Shown: positions 50,930 to 63,900 of the stretch, in pieces | Position numbering within the stretch: the first letter of the stretch is position 1 | Layout: each line of letters begins with the position of its first letter | Source of the DNA: Octopus sinensis | Lineage: Eukaryota | Length of the DNA stretch: 64,000 nucleotides | Direction: 5' to 3' | NCBI RefSeq assembly: GCF_006345805.1 | Contig: NC_043002.1 | Coordinates: 93,620,001-93,684,000 of the forward strand | The notes under the pieces: model-generated | What the model saw: the letters and a program-made list of their open reading frames with translations, nothing else | Told to the model about the DNA's origin: nothing | The model's database searches: none | Made by a program: the position numbers and the translations under genes

Positions 50930-51578
50930 TTGTGTGTCTGTGTTTGACCCCCAACATCGCTTGACAACCGATGCTGGTGTGTTTACGTCCCCGTAACTTA
51001 GCGGTTCGGCAATAGAGACCGATAGAATAAGTACTAGGCTTACAAAGAATAAGTCCTGGGGGTCGATTTGCTCGACTGAAGGCGGTGCTCCAGCATTGCC
51101 GCAGTCAAATGACTGAAACAAGTAAAAGAGTAAAATATTAGTTCTTATGTAAACATAAGTCCATCCTACACATCTTATTCTCTCTTTAACCCTTTTTACT
51201 TCTCTAACATTTGTTTACGTAACTCCTCTAGATTAACTTCATTTTCATGTATGAAAATTTTTTTAAATATACACCACACTAAGTCCTTTTTTTAACTGTC
51301 AGGGCATATCTTAATTCAGCTATAGCTATGCCTTTCCATTGGACATTTCTATACAATTTTTGCCCTATGCGACTTATTTGGAGTTAAAATTTCTAATCTC
51401 CTTACTCACAACATATCATATACATATATGTATGCATGTATGTATGCATGCATGTATGTATGTATGTATGTATGTATGTATGTATATATGTGTGTATATA
51501 TATATATATGTGTGTATGTGTATATATATACAAATATATATAAATGTATATATATATATGTATGTATGTATATATATA

Positions 51579-51628
<50 letters not shown>

Positions 51629-51721
51629 TATAGTTAATCGAAACATGAAAGCACAAAAAACACAACAACGTGAGGACAAGGAACAAATATAGTATTATTG
51701 GATGCTCAGGAGAGAAGGAGG

Positions 51722-51756
51722 GTCTAACGTTTCGAGCGGAGCTCTTCGTCGGAAAC
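51722..51756 (-). ncRNA. Minimal type I hammerhead motif, U4C variant, in a Penelope-type terminal fragment (about 51630-51830)
   Basis: GTTT-CCGACGA-A-GAGC-TCC-GCTC-GAA-ACGT-T-AGAC; palindromic stem III ACGU, triplet GUU. Confidence 0.65.
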
Positions 51757-52019
51757 ATAGGAGAAGGAAAGATCCAGAGAAGGGAAGATGGAGGAAGAAA
51801 AAATCGCCAACGGTACACACACGGTCACATGGGTATGTATAAATATGTGTATATATATATATGTGTATATGTGTATATATACATATTTATATAAATGTAA
51901 TTATATCTATATGTATGTATGTATATATGTGTGTGTGTATATAATGGTATATTATATATTTGTGTTGTTATACATATTTTATATATATGTATCTATATAT
52001 ATATGTATATATATATGCA

Positions 52020-52052
<33 letters not shown>

Positions 52053-52325
52053 TATTATATATATATATGTATTTGCATATATATATTATATATATATTTA
52101 TTTTGGCATATATATATTATATATATATATATGTATTTGCCATATATATATATTATATATATGTATATGTATAATATACATATGAGAAGGAAACCACTAT
52201 GTGGATGCCTTATGCTAGAAGTGGATCCGCTACGGTCTTACCACTAAGAAATGTTCTCAAGAAATAATTTAGCAATATATATATATATGTATATATATAT
52301 ATATGTAATATATATATATATATAT

Positions 52326-52364
<39 letters not shown>

Positions 52365-52461
52365 TATATATATATATGTATATATATATATATGTATATA
52401 ATATATATATGTATATAATATATATATGTATATAATACTATAGTATGTATATATATATATG

Positions 52462-52500
<39 letters not shown>

Positions 52501-52644
52501 ATATATAATATATATGTATATATATATAATATATATTTGTGTATGTATATATGTATATATATGTATACATAGATATATATGTATATATATATAATATATA
52601 TGTATATATATAATATATATATATCTGTATATATGTGTGTTATT

Positions 52645-55050
52645 CCCTGATGCTCCACCTGCATCTAATAAGGAGCACTACTTCACCAACCCGGGCTACT
52701 GACCGTTCCAGTGGGTGCCAGTTCCAAGCAGTCGATGCTTTTGCAGGTGTCTGCCAGCGTGCTGTGGACTGGTTTGACTTTTCCAGGTGTCCCTGACATG
52801 TGAACATCTCTCTCTAGCCAAACACTTGGCCTTTCAATGTCTCTAACACCGCAAAGACATCATTATAAAATCAGCTGACAAGGGTGGTGCCATGGTAGTG
52901 TAGTGGGCAGACCTCTAGAAGGCCAAAGCTCTCTGCCAACTTCAAGACATCTCCTTCTACTGCCCTTTGTCCTCCACCCCCCGCCCAGCTACCAACAAAC
53001 GGTGTCCTCCACTATCCATGTCCTCATCTCCTCCTCCCACCTCCAACCTCATTGTCCACACCCTTCATACTCCCACAATTTACTTCCTCAAAACCCACAA
53101 ACCTAACAACCCTGGCCGCCCCATCGTCTCTGACTGCAACTGCCCCACTGAACTCATCTCCAGATATCTTGACCGTGTCCTTGCCGCCCTAGTGGCTTCT
53201 CTCCTCTCTCACATCCAGGACACCAACCATGCTCTTCGTCTGTTCAACACTTTCTCCTTCTCTCATGGCTTCTCTAAACTTCTCTTCACTCTTGACATCA
53301 AGAGCCTATAGACGTTGATCCTTCACCATGAGGAGCTTTGTGCACTCCAACACTACTTTGACCTTTGATCCAACCCCCAACTAGACTCCTTCCTCTCTTT
53401 TGTCAAATCTTTCCATCCTGCCCCCACTTCGCCTGCACTATTTCCCCAACACTTCCATCACCTTTCTTGACATTTTGGTCAGCATTCATCACTCTACTCT
53501 CACCACATCCATCCACTACAAACACACAGACTCACACTTATACCTCTCCCACCCTAAATACACCAAGCTCTCCATCCCCTATTCCCAATTCCTCCGTCTG
53601 CACAGGCTCTGCAGTGACAACCATAACTTTGAGACTCAGTCTCAACCCATGATTTGCCACTTCATCCTACATGGAAATCCTCTCACCACTATCCATGCCG
53701 CTCTTGCCAGAGCACATTCCGTGGACCATGCATCTGCTTTCTCCCCCTGCACCCGCTCTGCCTTTACTCATCGCCCGTTTCCCCTCACCTACCACCCCTC
53801 CACCCTACCTCTACAACGCACCATTCTCCGAGCCTTCTGGCGACTCCAGTCCAACCCTTCCACTTCACACATCTTTCCTAACCAACCCCTCTCCTCCTTC
53901 AAATGAGCCCACAACCTATGTGACCTCCTGGTCCACAGTTTCTTTCGTAACCCAACCTCCCAATGCGTCTCGTTCCCATGCTCCTACCCACGCTGCCTCA
54001 CTTGCTCTTACCTATCCAACACCACCATCCTCAAAGGTACCTATCATTGACCTTATCATATCACTGACTCCTTCACCTGCACTTCTAGCAATGTCATTTA
54101 CTGCATCTCCTGCTCTCTCTGTCCTTCTCTGTACATTGGTCAAATGGGACACCGCTTGGCTGACCGGTTCGCGGGACAACTCCGAGGCATCAGACTCAGC
54201 AACGACTCCCCTGTCTCGTGCCATTTACACTCTATCTGTCATTCTTTACAACACCAGTCTGTGTTCGGATTGTCCTTGCACAGGGGCCATCCAAACTCTT
54301 GTCTTTGCTGTGAACAGGAATTAATCTTCTCTCATGGCTCCTTTGTGCCACATGGGTTCAACTCTCCTCTCCTCTTCATCTAACATTCTCCTCCCTCCTC
54401 TCTTCCTCTCACACCTACTTCCTCTCTTCACTCCTACCCACCTTCTCCCTTCATTGTTACCTCTTCATTATTACCCCACCCTTACACATTCCAACCCCAC
54501 CTCTATACATCCCATCCTACCCCCACCCTATCCCACACATTCCACTCCCACATACCCTACCCTATTCTCACACCCCACTCCCACATACCCACCCCTACCC
54601 CTACTCCCACCCTTGCTTTCCCCCACTCGAACACCACAACACCACAACACACCATCCTGCACACACCAGCACTGACCACTTCCCAGCACCCAAACCATCA
54701 TCCACATACCTACACATGCACACACACATCAAGATCACCAGCCCCTATCTATATGCACACACACGCTCTCACACTGCACCCTTGTTTTGGGATTACCACT
54801 ACTTTATTATCTCCCCTTCTTCCTAGCTCTCCTGTCTGACCACCTCTGTCTGGCATTCACCATGATTGATCGATAGCCACTAAACCTTTTTTATTTCCTC
54901 ACTCTGTTTATTTGTGTTCCTTTCTGCTGAAGAGTGTAGGCTCAAAATGTAAAAGACTTTCTTACTTCCAGAGCGTTAAACTAATACATGTTTGTTGTTT
55001 ACACACTTGTCTTCATCTTTTGTTTTGTTTGTTTTTTGTATAAATTCCAG
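52645..55050 (+). mobile_element. Degenerate Penelope-like element (RT + GIY-YIG endonuclease + terminal region with decayed hammerhead)
   Basis: IIKSADKGGAMVV; THKPNNPGRPIVS..PTELISRYLD..IQDTNHAL..LFTLDIKSL; SITFLDI..YKHTDSH..SIPYSQFLRLHRLCSD; SNVIYCISC..LYIGQMG (GIY-YIG); central RT deletion and stops. Confidence 0.9.
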
Positions 55051-55092
55051 CTAAATATATGTGTGTATGTGTGTGTGTGTGTATATATAATG

Positions 55093-55156
<64 letters not shown>

Positions 55157-55278
55157 GCATATATATATGTATATATATATGTATTATATATATATATATT
55201 ATATGTATATATATATGTATATATATGTATATATAATATATATATATATATATATGTATATATATTATATGTATATAT

Positions 55279-55322
<44 letters not shown>

Positions 55323-55470
55323 ATATGTTAAGGAGATATGTACTTGCATAGCGAGTGACTTGATCTGAGTTCGTGTGCTGGAACAAAAACAATTGCAGTG
55401 TGGAAGGTGTTTATAAGCCATTTAAGAAACTCACAAAAACCGTTAGATTCACTTCAACATTTAAATTTAA

Positions 55471-55521
55471 TTTGTCAAAATATTTTCGTCGCTTTGAGAC
55501 CGCAACCTGTTCACTGACAAA
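55471..55521 (-). ncRNA. Type I hammerhead-like motif with G3:C8 swapped core
   Basis: TTTGTCA-GTGAACA-G-GTTGC-GGTCTCAAA-GCGAC-GAA-AATATT-T-TGACAAA; 7-bp stem I, 5-bp stem II, palindromic stem III. Confidence 0.6.
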
Positions 55522-55675
55522 ACTTTGTGATGCAGCACCGATAGAATAAGTACCAGCCTTATAAAGAAGAAGTTTTGGGGTCGATTTCTTTGACTAAAAG
55601 GCGATGCTCCAGCATAGCCGCAGTCAAACGACTGAAGCAAATAAAAGTAAAAGGAATAAAAAAAAAAAAAAAGAA

Positions 55676-56029
55676 GGATCATTTCGGTTCGAACGGCAGT
55701 TTTTTCTAGCGGTGTCATATGAAATTGTCACCCATAATTATGACACTAGTATCGATCTATTGCATTTCAATCTGTTTTAGGGTTAGGGGTGGGTGGACAT
55801 ATTCACACGGCACAGAATGTTTTTTTTTACCTCAATAGACGACACTGATTGGTTGAAATTGCAGAAATTGAAGAAAAAAACAACAAATATCTTACAAACT
55901 ATAGAATTTTCTCAATAAAGCCAAGAGAAAAAGATGTTTTATAAACACATTCTACTAGTATACGAAGTTTAAAATTTTTTAGTTACCTAGAAATTACGTT
56001 AAAAACTGCCGTTCAAACCGAAATGATCC
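55676..56029. mobile_element. MITE with 29-bp TIRs and internal TTAGGG repeats
   Basis: GGATCATTTCGGTTCGAACGGCAGTTTTT ... AAAAACTGCCGTTCAAACCGAAATGATCC (28/29). Confidence 0.8.
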
Positions 56030-56429
56030 AATACATCCATTATATAAGACTTTTTCTATTAAAACGTGTCATCTTTTGCAGTGTTTGTACATGCTACCAC
56101 ACACACAAAAGATATTGTTTTAAAAATTAATACCAAGGGAGGGGACTCGTATTCTGAAAAGGGAGATGACTCTTGTTAGTTTTCTAACTACGGTGCCTCA
56201 GGAAAAAAAATGCATATCAGTACACTTATTTTCCAGGAGTATGTAGGTACATCATGAACTTTTAAAAATATAATTTAAAGCTGTTGAAAATCCATAATAA
56301 TATTTAGGTGAGTATGATCAATAAAACAAAGCAAAACATAGTTTTGTTTATCTTTAACATGAACTTAATCTTCCGGTGTGTCACAATCAATAAGAGTAAA
56401 AATAAATCAATGTAATTGTTTCTAATAGA

Positions 56430-56940
56430 GCCACAATGCTTGAAATTCTATGTCATCGATCCCTCTTTCTCCAATTGCCATTTTTATTTCATCGACCCCG
56501 AAATGTGAACTTGGTCTCAGTAGGATTTGAACTTTTGCCTTTCATCCTTTCGGGGTCGATTAAATAAGTACTAGTTACGAATTGGGGTCGAAGGAATCGA
56601 CTTAATCAGTTTATTCCTCTTTCTATAATTGCCATTTTTATTTCATCGACCCTGAAATGTGAACTTGGTCTCAGTAGGATTTGAACTTTTGCCTTTCATC
56701 CTTTCGGGGTCGATTAAATAAGTACTAGTTATGAATTGGGGTCGAAAGAATCGACTTAACCTGTTTGTCTGTCCTTGTTTGTCCTCTCTGTGTTTAAACC
56801 CTTGTGGGTAGTAAAGAAATAAGTACTTCGTTTGCTTTTACATTCTGAGTTCAAATTTCTCTGAGGTCGATTTTGCCGATCATTCTTCCGGGGTCGATGA
56901 AATCAATACCAGCTTGCACACCCCGCCACCAAATTTCAGG
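56430..56940 (+). mobile_element. Rearranged, locally duplicated SINE family B fragments
   Basis: About 165-bp unit repeated twice, then a third partial copy. Confidence 0.7.
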
Positions 56941-58187
56941 CTTTGTAGAAAGGATTATTTTAATCTTATAGACAATTATATAGGGCTGAGGATTGGATGA
57001 ATCGTTAGAGCGGCAGCAAAAATAACTGACGACACTTTGTTACGACACTGTATTTCAAATATCACTTACCCCTGATCGATTAATTAAAATACTAGTCGAA
57101 TTTTGAAGTTGATTTAATCAAGTAACTCCTCTCCCCTGAGCTCTAGCTTCCTGTTAATATCAGAAACAAATATTGGTCTCATGGGAGAGAAGTCTTCAGT
57201 GACCATCTCTACTACAAGTAGTTTCAATAACACAAAAAGTATCGAAGTTATCCCCCTTACAATCTCGGTCATCGAGTTTTTTTTATATATTCCGTCCTTG
57301 GTATTCTTTTATACTTTTACTCGTTTCACTCATTTGACTGCGACCATACTGGAGCATCGCCTTGAGGGGTTTTAGTCGACCCCAGGACTTTTTAAAGCCT
57401 AGCACTTATTCTACCAGTTTCTTTGTTGAACCGATAAGTTACGGGGAAGTAAACACACCAATACGAGGTGATGGGGGACAAACGCAGACACAAACACAAA
57501 TATATATGCATATATATATATGACGGGCTTTTTTTCAGTTTCTGTCTACCAGATCCACTCATAAGGCTTTGGTCGGGCCCGACGCTGTCCAGGGTACCAC
57601 GGAGTGGGACTGAACCCGGAACCATGTGATTTAGAAGCAAGCTTCTTACCACACAGCCATGCTTACACCAGCATATTTATTTCTAATTTGATTTTTTTTT
57701 TCAATTTTCGACGCATTAATTATGCGAATCCTAATGTGTCTCTACGATCGGTATTATTTTGTGCCTTTCTTTTATTTCTCAAGTTCTTCAAGCAAAAAGG
57801 TGTTCTGAAATCTGATTTTGTTTGTGAAAAATGTTTATGTATTAGTTTTAGCAAGATTCCTACGCGAAATCGTGTGTTGAAATAGATATTGTTATATTTC
57901 GGGATGGAAATTGTTTTTTTTTTTTTTCCAGATAAATATATATATATTCGTTCTTCATTTCAGATTTATCATTATTTTTATTGTATGTCCTTTGATTGGA
58001 AATCTTTCGTCACACAACCTGTGACCTCTTCAGTGATTCTCCATCCCATGTGGCTTCTTATTGATGAACAACCTCAATCTAAGATAAATTGAAAAATACA
58101 CGTTTCAATATAGAAATCAATAAACAAAACATTCACTGATTTATGTGAGAGTCGACCAGGTTAAGTTAAACACTTGAAAGAGTGTCA

Positions 58188-58581
58188 TCTTTATATATAA
58201 AAGAGAGGTTGTGTGCTGTCTGTCTCCTACGATTTAGATTCCTAACTACTCCCACATTTTGCGGTGCAGTTTAACCAAAACCGGGTATCTTATAGTCGTG
58301 ATTCATATCGAGCCCTTCTGAGTATTAGCGCGCATCTGCGATGAGTCTACGATTTTAAAAATAATTTACCATCAATTTTCCCCATTTTTAATACATTTTT
58401 GGCATATATAAGGGAAGTAACTCTCTAAAAATTTATTAAATCTCAGAACGTAAAAAGCTACAGTAACACGCCCCCCTTTGTGGTTAGCCATATTGAGATG
58501 GCTATTATACTTTACATCTCTAAAAATGCTTATATAGTCATGTCCCTTACAAACCCGAGAAACGCCGGGCGATACTGCTAG
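58188..58581 (+). mobile_element. Mini-Helitron (394 bp), same family as 50207-50510
   Basis: A|TCTTTATATATAAAA ... CCCGAGAAACGCCGGG..CTAG|T. Confidence 0.9.
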
Positions 58582-60073
58582 TATTGAAATAAATTAAAAT
58601 AACTGTGTAAGATATTTATAATGTAACGGTTTATCGGGAATAAACCCAAACTTCAAAAACTCCACCGAATATCGACGAGTCTTCTTGCTTTGTTTACTTA
58701 TTTTAAAAAGGGCTTACGCAAATCCTAGAAGGTGATGAAGTGATGGAGATGACGATTTTTGTAGAAAGAAAGGGACTCGAAGCACCAATCAGCAATAGTG
58801 AGTGGAGTCGACTGCTGCTTTTATAAACGCTTGACACTGGACAATAGATTTGAAACAGAAACAAATGCCTAACAAATACAGATACCTCACTCGGCATGCT
58901 GATTGGTCGTAGCTACACCGATTCCTGTGGTTTAGGTATAAATGTTGCACGGCGATATTTTTTTCATTTCAATGTCCAAAGATAGGCTTAGGGTCGACAA
59001 GTGTACGCTCAAGTCACTTTCAAGAATTTTTACAACCCACGCTAAAACACTTATGTGATATTAAGAGGAATTTTCCTTCGCCCCACGTTAGGAAACACTG
59101 TTCTATATCTTCACGGAGTGATATTTGTCTAGCGACAGGAAATAGGATTTGCTGTCATTGCTGTGTCATTCATTTTTTTTAATGAATTACTGTTCGCTCT
59201 ATATAATTTTTTCCACATCTTAAATGAATTATTCCACAGTTGGGCTGCAACATTTTTGTATGTTGGTTCTGTTGATGAAAATAATTTAGCATTTGTTACT
59301 ATTCGCTTAAATAATTGTGATTGTTTTCTACTTGTATAATTATACGTGTTTGATGACTCCAATTCATCATGGCGCCATGTTTTAGCATCAGCAAGATTAT
59401 TTCTGTATGCCCTCTCTAAATTGGCTTCTTTTCACGGTACACATACACATATAATGATGCGTCTATTCACAAATACACATTTTATACCTTGAGAACAGAT
59501 ACGACGAATTTGATTAAAAAGTTACCACCCTTGTATTATATTTCCCAGCCAAAATGTGCAGTCTTTGTTGTTGCTAGTAAGATCTACGTCTCTAGCTGCC
59601 TGGATGAAACTAGTGTAATTAATTTTAGTTCCGAGCTGGCTAGTGTTCCAAATTGATGCAGTTCTTGGAAGGAAAGAAAGTGCTACGGGCTATATATTTT
59701 GTAATAAAAACGTACTTGTTTCCAATATTCTATCCTGTTATATAAAATACTGTACTTAGCTGCAGTAATAGTATATGCTATAGAACGCAGATGCCCTTCA
59801 CATACGTTAAGTAACTTAAGACTGATGCTTAAAAGCAAAATTATTTCTAAGATACATTTCTTCCTTGAAATTCTACCTAGGTTCTTCCCCTCATTATTTA
59901 AACCAAGAAGTAAATATTGCCATCTGTATATCAACCACTAACCCGATCAGTATGTAGCATAACTGTCTGAATAGACAGAGTAATAAACATACAACGCTAC
60001 GCTATCAGTTGCTTTAGAAATTATATTCTTATCATTTGAATATTTTTGTTTGCTTTTGAAACTGCTTCGTGCA

Positions 60074-60144
<71 letters not shown>

Positions 60145-60337
60145 TTATCTATCTATTTATTTTACATGAAGCAGTACACACATACACATTTTAAAATGTA
60201 TATATATATATTATATATATATATATATATTAATATATATAAAGAGAAAAAGAGAAAAAGAGAAATATATATATATATATAATATATATATATATATGTG
60301 TGTGTGTATGTATGATATATATATAGTATATATATAT

Positions 60338-60383
<46 letters not shown>

Positions 60384-60473
60384 ATAATATATATATATAT
60401 ATGTTTATACACATACACATGTATGTGTGTCTGCGTGAATGTATGTGTGTATGTATGTGCGCGCATGTGTTTG

Positions 60474-60506
<33 letters not shown>

Positions 60507-60516
60507 GTGTACATAT

Positions 60517-60579
<63 letters not shown>

Positions 60580-61423
60580 ATATAATATATATATATACAC
60601 ACAAACAATATATACACACATACATATATGCAAATATAAGCATATGTATGTATGCATAGGTGTGTGTGTGTATGCATTTTAAATGTCTTTCTCCTTTAAT
60701 GCTAATTTTCAAAAGACATGAGTCATAAATAATCTCAAAGAATTAATGAACAAATAAAGCAATCGTTTTGTGGAATGCATTTGAGCCAAAGAATTTCAAG
60801 TGAAACTGCATCCTCTCCCAGTAAAAATAGCAGTTTTATGTAGGCTTGCTGCCAAAAAAAAAAAAGAAAAAAAAAAGAATTTTTTTAGGCCTAATTTCTT
60901 TATGAAACGCTAAGAAGTAATGAAGTAGTTTGCTTGAGTGTTTGATTAATTCTTTGTGTATTCATCTACGTGGAATGCAATAAATGTTAATACAATAATT
61001 TGTGACCAGAAGTACCTATAGAGTGCATCTGTTAATGCAGAGTCTTAATATAAACATTGACGAGGCTGTGTTTTTCTTAGTCATACATGTGATGCCTCTC
61101 AGCACCTTACTGCTGTCATGTCTAACATATGTCTCGTCGGCAATAACCATGTCTACAATATGTTTATTTTGATAAAAATATATATATGAATCTGCTATAT
61201 GCTCCGCCCTCTTTAGGAATTATTTATATATCAAAAGCGTATCTTTTATTTTCATAGAACCAGATTATCGATTTTGTTAAACATAAATTCATTATCTGCA
61301 ATGGAGATAATCTAAGTTTATGTTTTATTGTATATTTCATACTATTTCTTTCTTAATTTAAATCAAGTTTTCTTTCATATTTCCGGGTTTAATAAAATAA
61401 AGGTTAATGATATAATAGTATAA

Positions 61424-61880
61424 GGCGGCGAGCTGACAGAAACGTTAGCACGCCGGGCGAAATGCTGAGCGGTATTTCGTCTGCCGCTACATTCTGAGTT
61501 CAAATTCTGCCGAGGTTGACTTTGCCTTTCATCCTTTCGGGGTCGATAAATTAAGTACCAGTTACGCACTGGGGTCGATGTAATCGACTTAATACCTATG
61601 TCTGTCCTTGTTTGTCCCCTTTATGTTTAGCCCCTTGTGGGTAATAAAGAAATAGGTATTTTGTCTGCCGCTACGTTCTGAATTCAAATTCCGTCGAGAT
61701 CGACTTTGCCTTTCATCCTTTCGGAGTCGATTAAATAAGTACCAGTTACGCACTGGGGTCGATATAATCGACTTAATCCGTTTGTCTGGCCTTGTTTGTC
61801 CTCTCTTGATTTAGCCTCTTGTGGGTAGTAAAGAAATAGGTATATCGTTTGTATTTTCGTTCTCAGTTCAAATTCCGCCG
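61424..61880 (+). mobile_element. SINE family B, head-to-tail dimer/partial trimer
   Basis: Full unit 61424-61655 followed by head-truncated repeats. Confidence 0.85.
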
Positions 61881-62776
61881 CTGGATAGGTGTAGCACAGA
61901 GGTGGATATTACTGACTTACCCCTCCCTCGAATTTGCTGACCTTGTGCCAAAATTTGAAACTAATAATATACTAGTATCCGTTCTATCAAATAAAATCAC
62001 TTGAAAATTGCTTTTTTAGCTAGTCAAACATAATCACTCTCAAAATTGATTATATACCTAGTCAAAATAAATTCTCTGTAAAATGTTAAGCTTCACTAAC
62101 TTTCGGGATAGTAAATTATCTATTTTCATATGTTCGAATCTGGAAGGATTTTCACTTATAAAATTTATTGTGATAATTGTTATTAAAATCTCAAACAGGA
62201 ATTCAAACAATCGGGTTAGAAAACGAAGTTAAATAAATGCGTTGCACCTCGCTTCTTATATGTCTAGAATGCTTAAAACATAAGGAAGTATAAACATTCT
62301 TAAGATTGCCTCAGTTTAGCAAATTGATAAGGTGCCAAACCAGCTGTGTTGTGTCTGTGCAAAGAGTCATAAATCTTAACTGCTCGATCATCATTGTTGT
62401 ACACAGATTACACAAGTACCAGTCGTTTTATAAACCTAGAAATCATGAGTACAAGCTTTCCGTGAAAAATTGGACGTATGAAATCCACTAGTTTGACCAG
62501 CTCTTGACTTACATGACGTCAGCACCTTCCGTGGCGCTCAAACGATTCAGGGGTTATCGCTTTACAAAATCATTCCAATAGATTCAAATTTCTTCGATGA
62601 AAAAGCTGTCATTCATTCCTCTACATCGTGTTATTCTAATGAGAGAAAATCTCCAATATTTACATTTTATAAATAAAGATTACACCGTATGTTTTCTCAA
62701 GGGTCATCCCTTTAAAACCTAGGGTCATATCATTATTATATATATGCCTTAAATAAATTTATATATAATGTACATA

Positions 62777-63900
62777 AGGAGTGGCTGTGTGGTAAGTAGC
62801 TTGCTTACCAACCACATGGTTCCGAGTTCAGTCCCACTGCATGGCACCTTGAGCAAGTGTCTTCTACTATAGGCTCGGGCCGACCAAAGCCTTGTGAGTG
62901 GATTTGGTAAACGGAAACTGAAAGAAGCCCGTCGTATATATATATATATATATATAGGCGCATGAGTGGCTGTGTGGTAAGTAGCTTGCTAACCAACCAC
63001 ATGGTTCCGGGTTCAGTCCCACTGCGTGGCATCTTGGGCAAGTGTTTTCTGCTATAGCCCCGGACCGACCAATGCCTTGTGAGTGGATTTGGTAGACGGA
63101 AACTGAAAGAAGCCTGTCGTATATATGTATATATATATATATAAGTGTGTGTGTATATGTTTGTGTGTCTGTGTTTGTCCCCCTAGCATTGCTTGACAAC
63201 CGATGCTGGTGTGTTTACATCCCCGTCACTGTTCGGCAAAACAGACCGATAGAATAAGTACTAGGCTTATAAAGAATACGTCCGGGGTGGGGTGCGATTT
63301 CCTCGACTAAAGGCGGTGCTCCAGCATGGCCGCAGTCAAATGACTGAAACAAGTAAAAGAGAGAGTATATATATATATACCGCAATCCTACGACCACGAT
63401 TCTGCTGCCCTAACCACTGGGCCATTGCGCCTCCACATTGAGCGTTGTGAGTGTTTATTGAGCGAAAACCCCTAAAAGCTCCACGAGGCTCCGGCAGGGG
63501 AGGTGGTGGCAATCCCTGCTGTACTCTTTCGCCACAACTTTCTCTCACTCTTTCTTCTGTTGGCCTGCTCGCTTAGCCAGCGGGGTGGCGTCATTTGAAG
63601 GCTAAAACAATGCGAAGCGCATTGTCACCAGCGATGTGTAGCAACATCTGATAGCCTGGTCGGTCACGTGATATATATATATATGTATGTGTGTATATAT
63701 GTTTGTGTCTGTGTTTGTCCCCCAACATCGCTTGACAACCGATGCTGGTGTGTTCGGCAAAAGTGACCGATAGAATAAGTACTAGGCTTATAAAGAATAC
63801 GTCCGGGGTGGGGTGCGATTTCCTCGACTAAAGGCGGTGCTCCAGCATAGCCTCAGTCAAATGACTGAAACAAGTAAAAGAGTAAAGAGAGTAAAGAGTA
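62777..63900 (+). mobile_element. Cluster of family A SINEs with an embedded family C SINE whose tRNA head is inverted
   Basis: Family A heads at 62777 and 62957; family C head reversed at 63380-63437, body 63438-63670; duplicated family A 3' half 63690-63900. Confidence 0.8.

Noticed and set aside
62306-62600. Protein-like plus-strand ORF and a minus-strand GTAAGT donor near 62508
   Set aside because: Stops in all frames of the candidate exons and no domain similarity.
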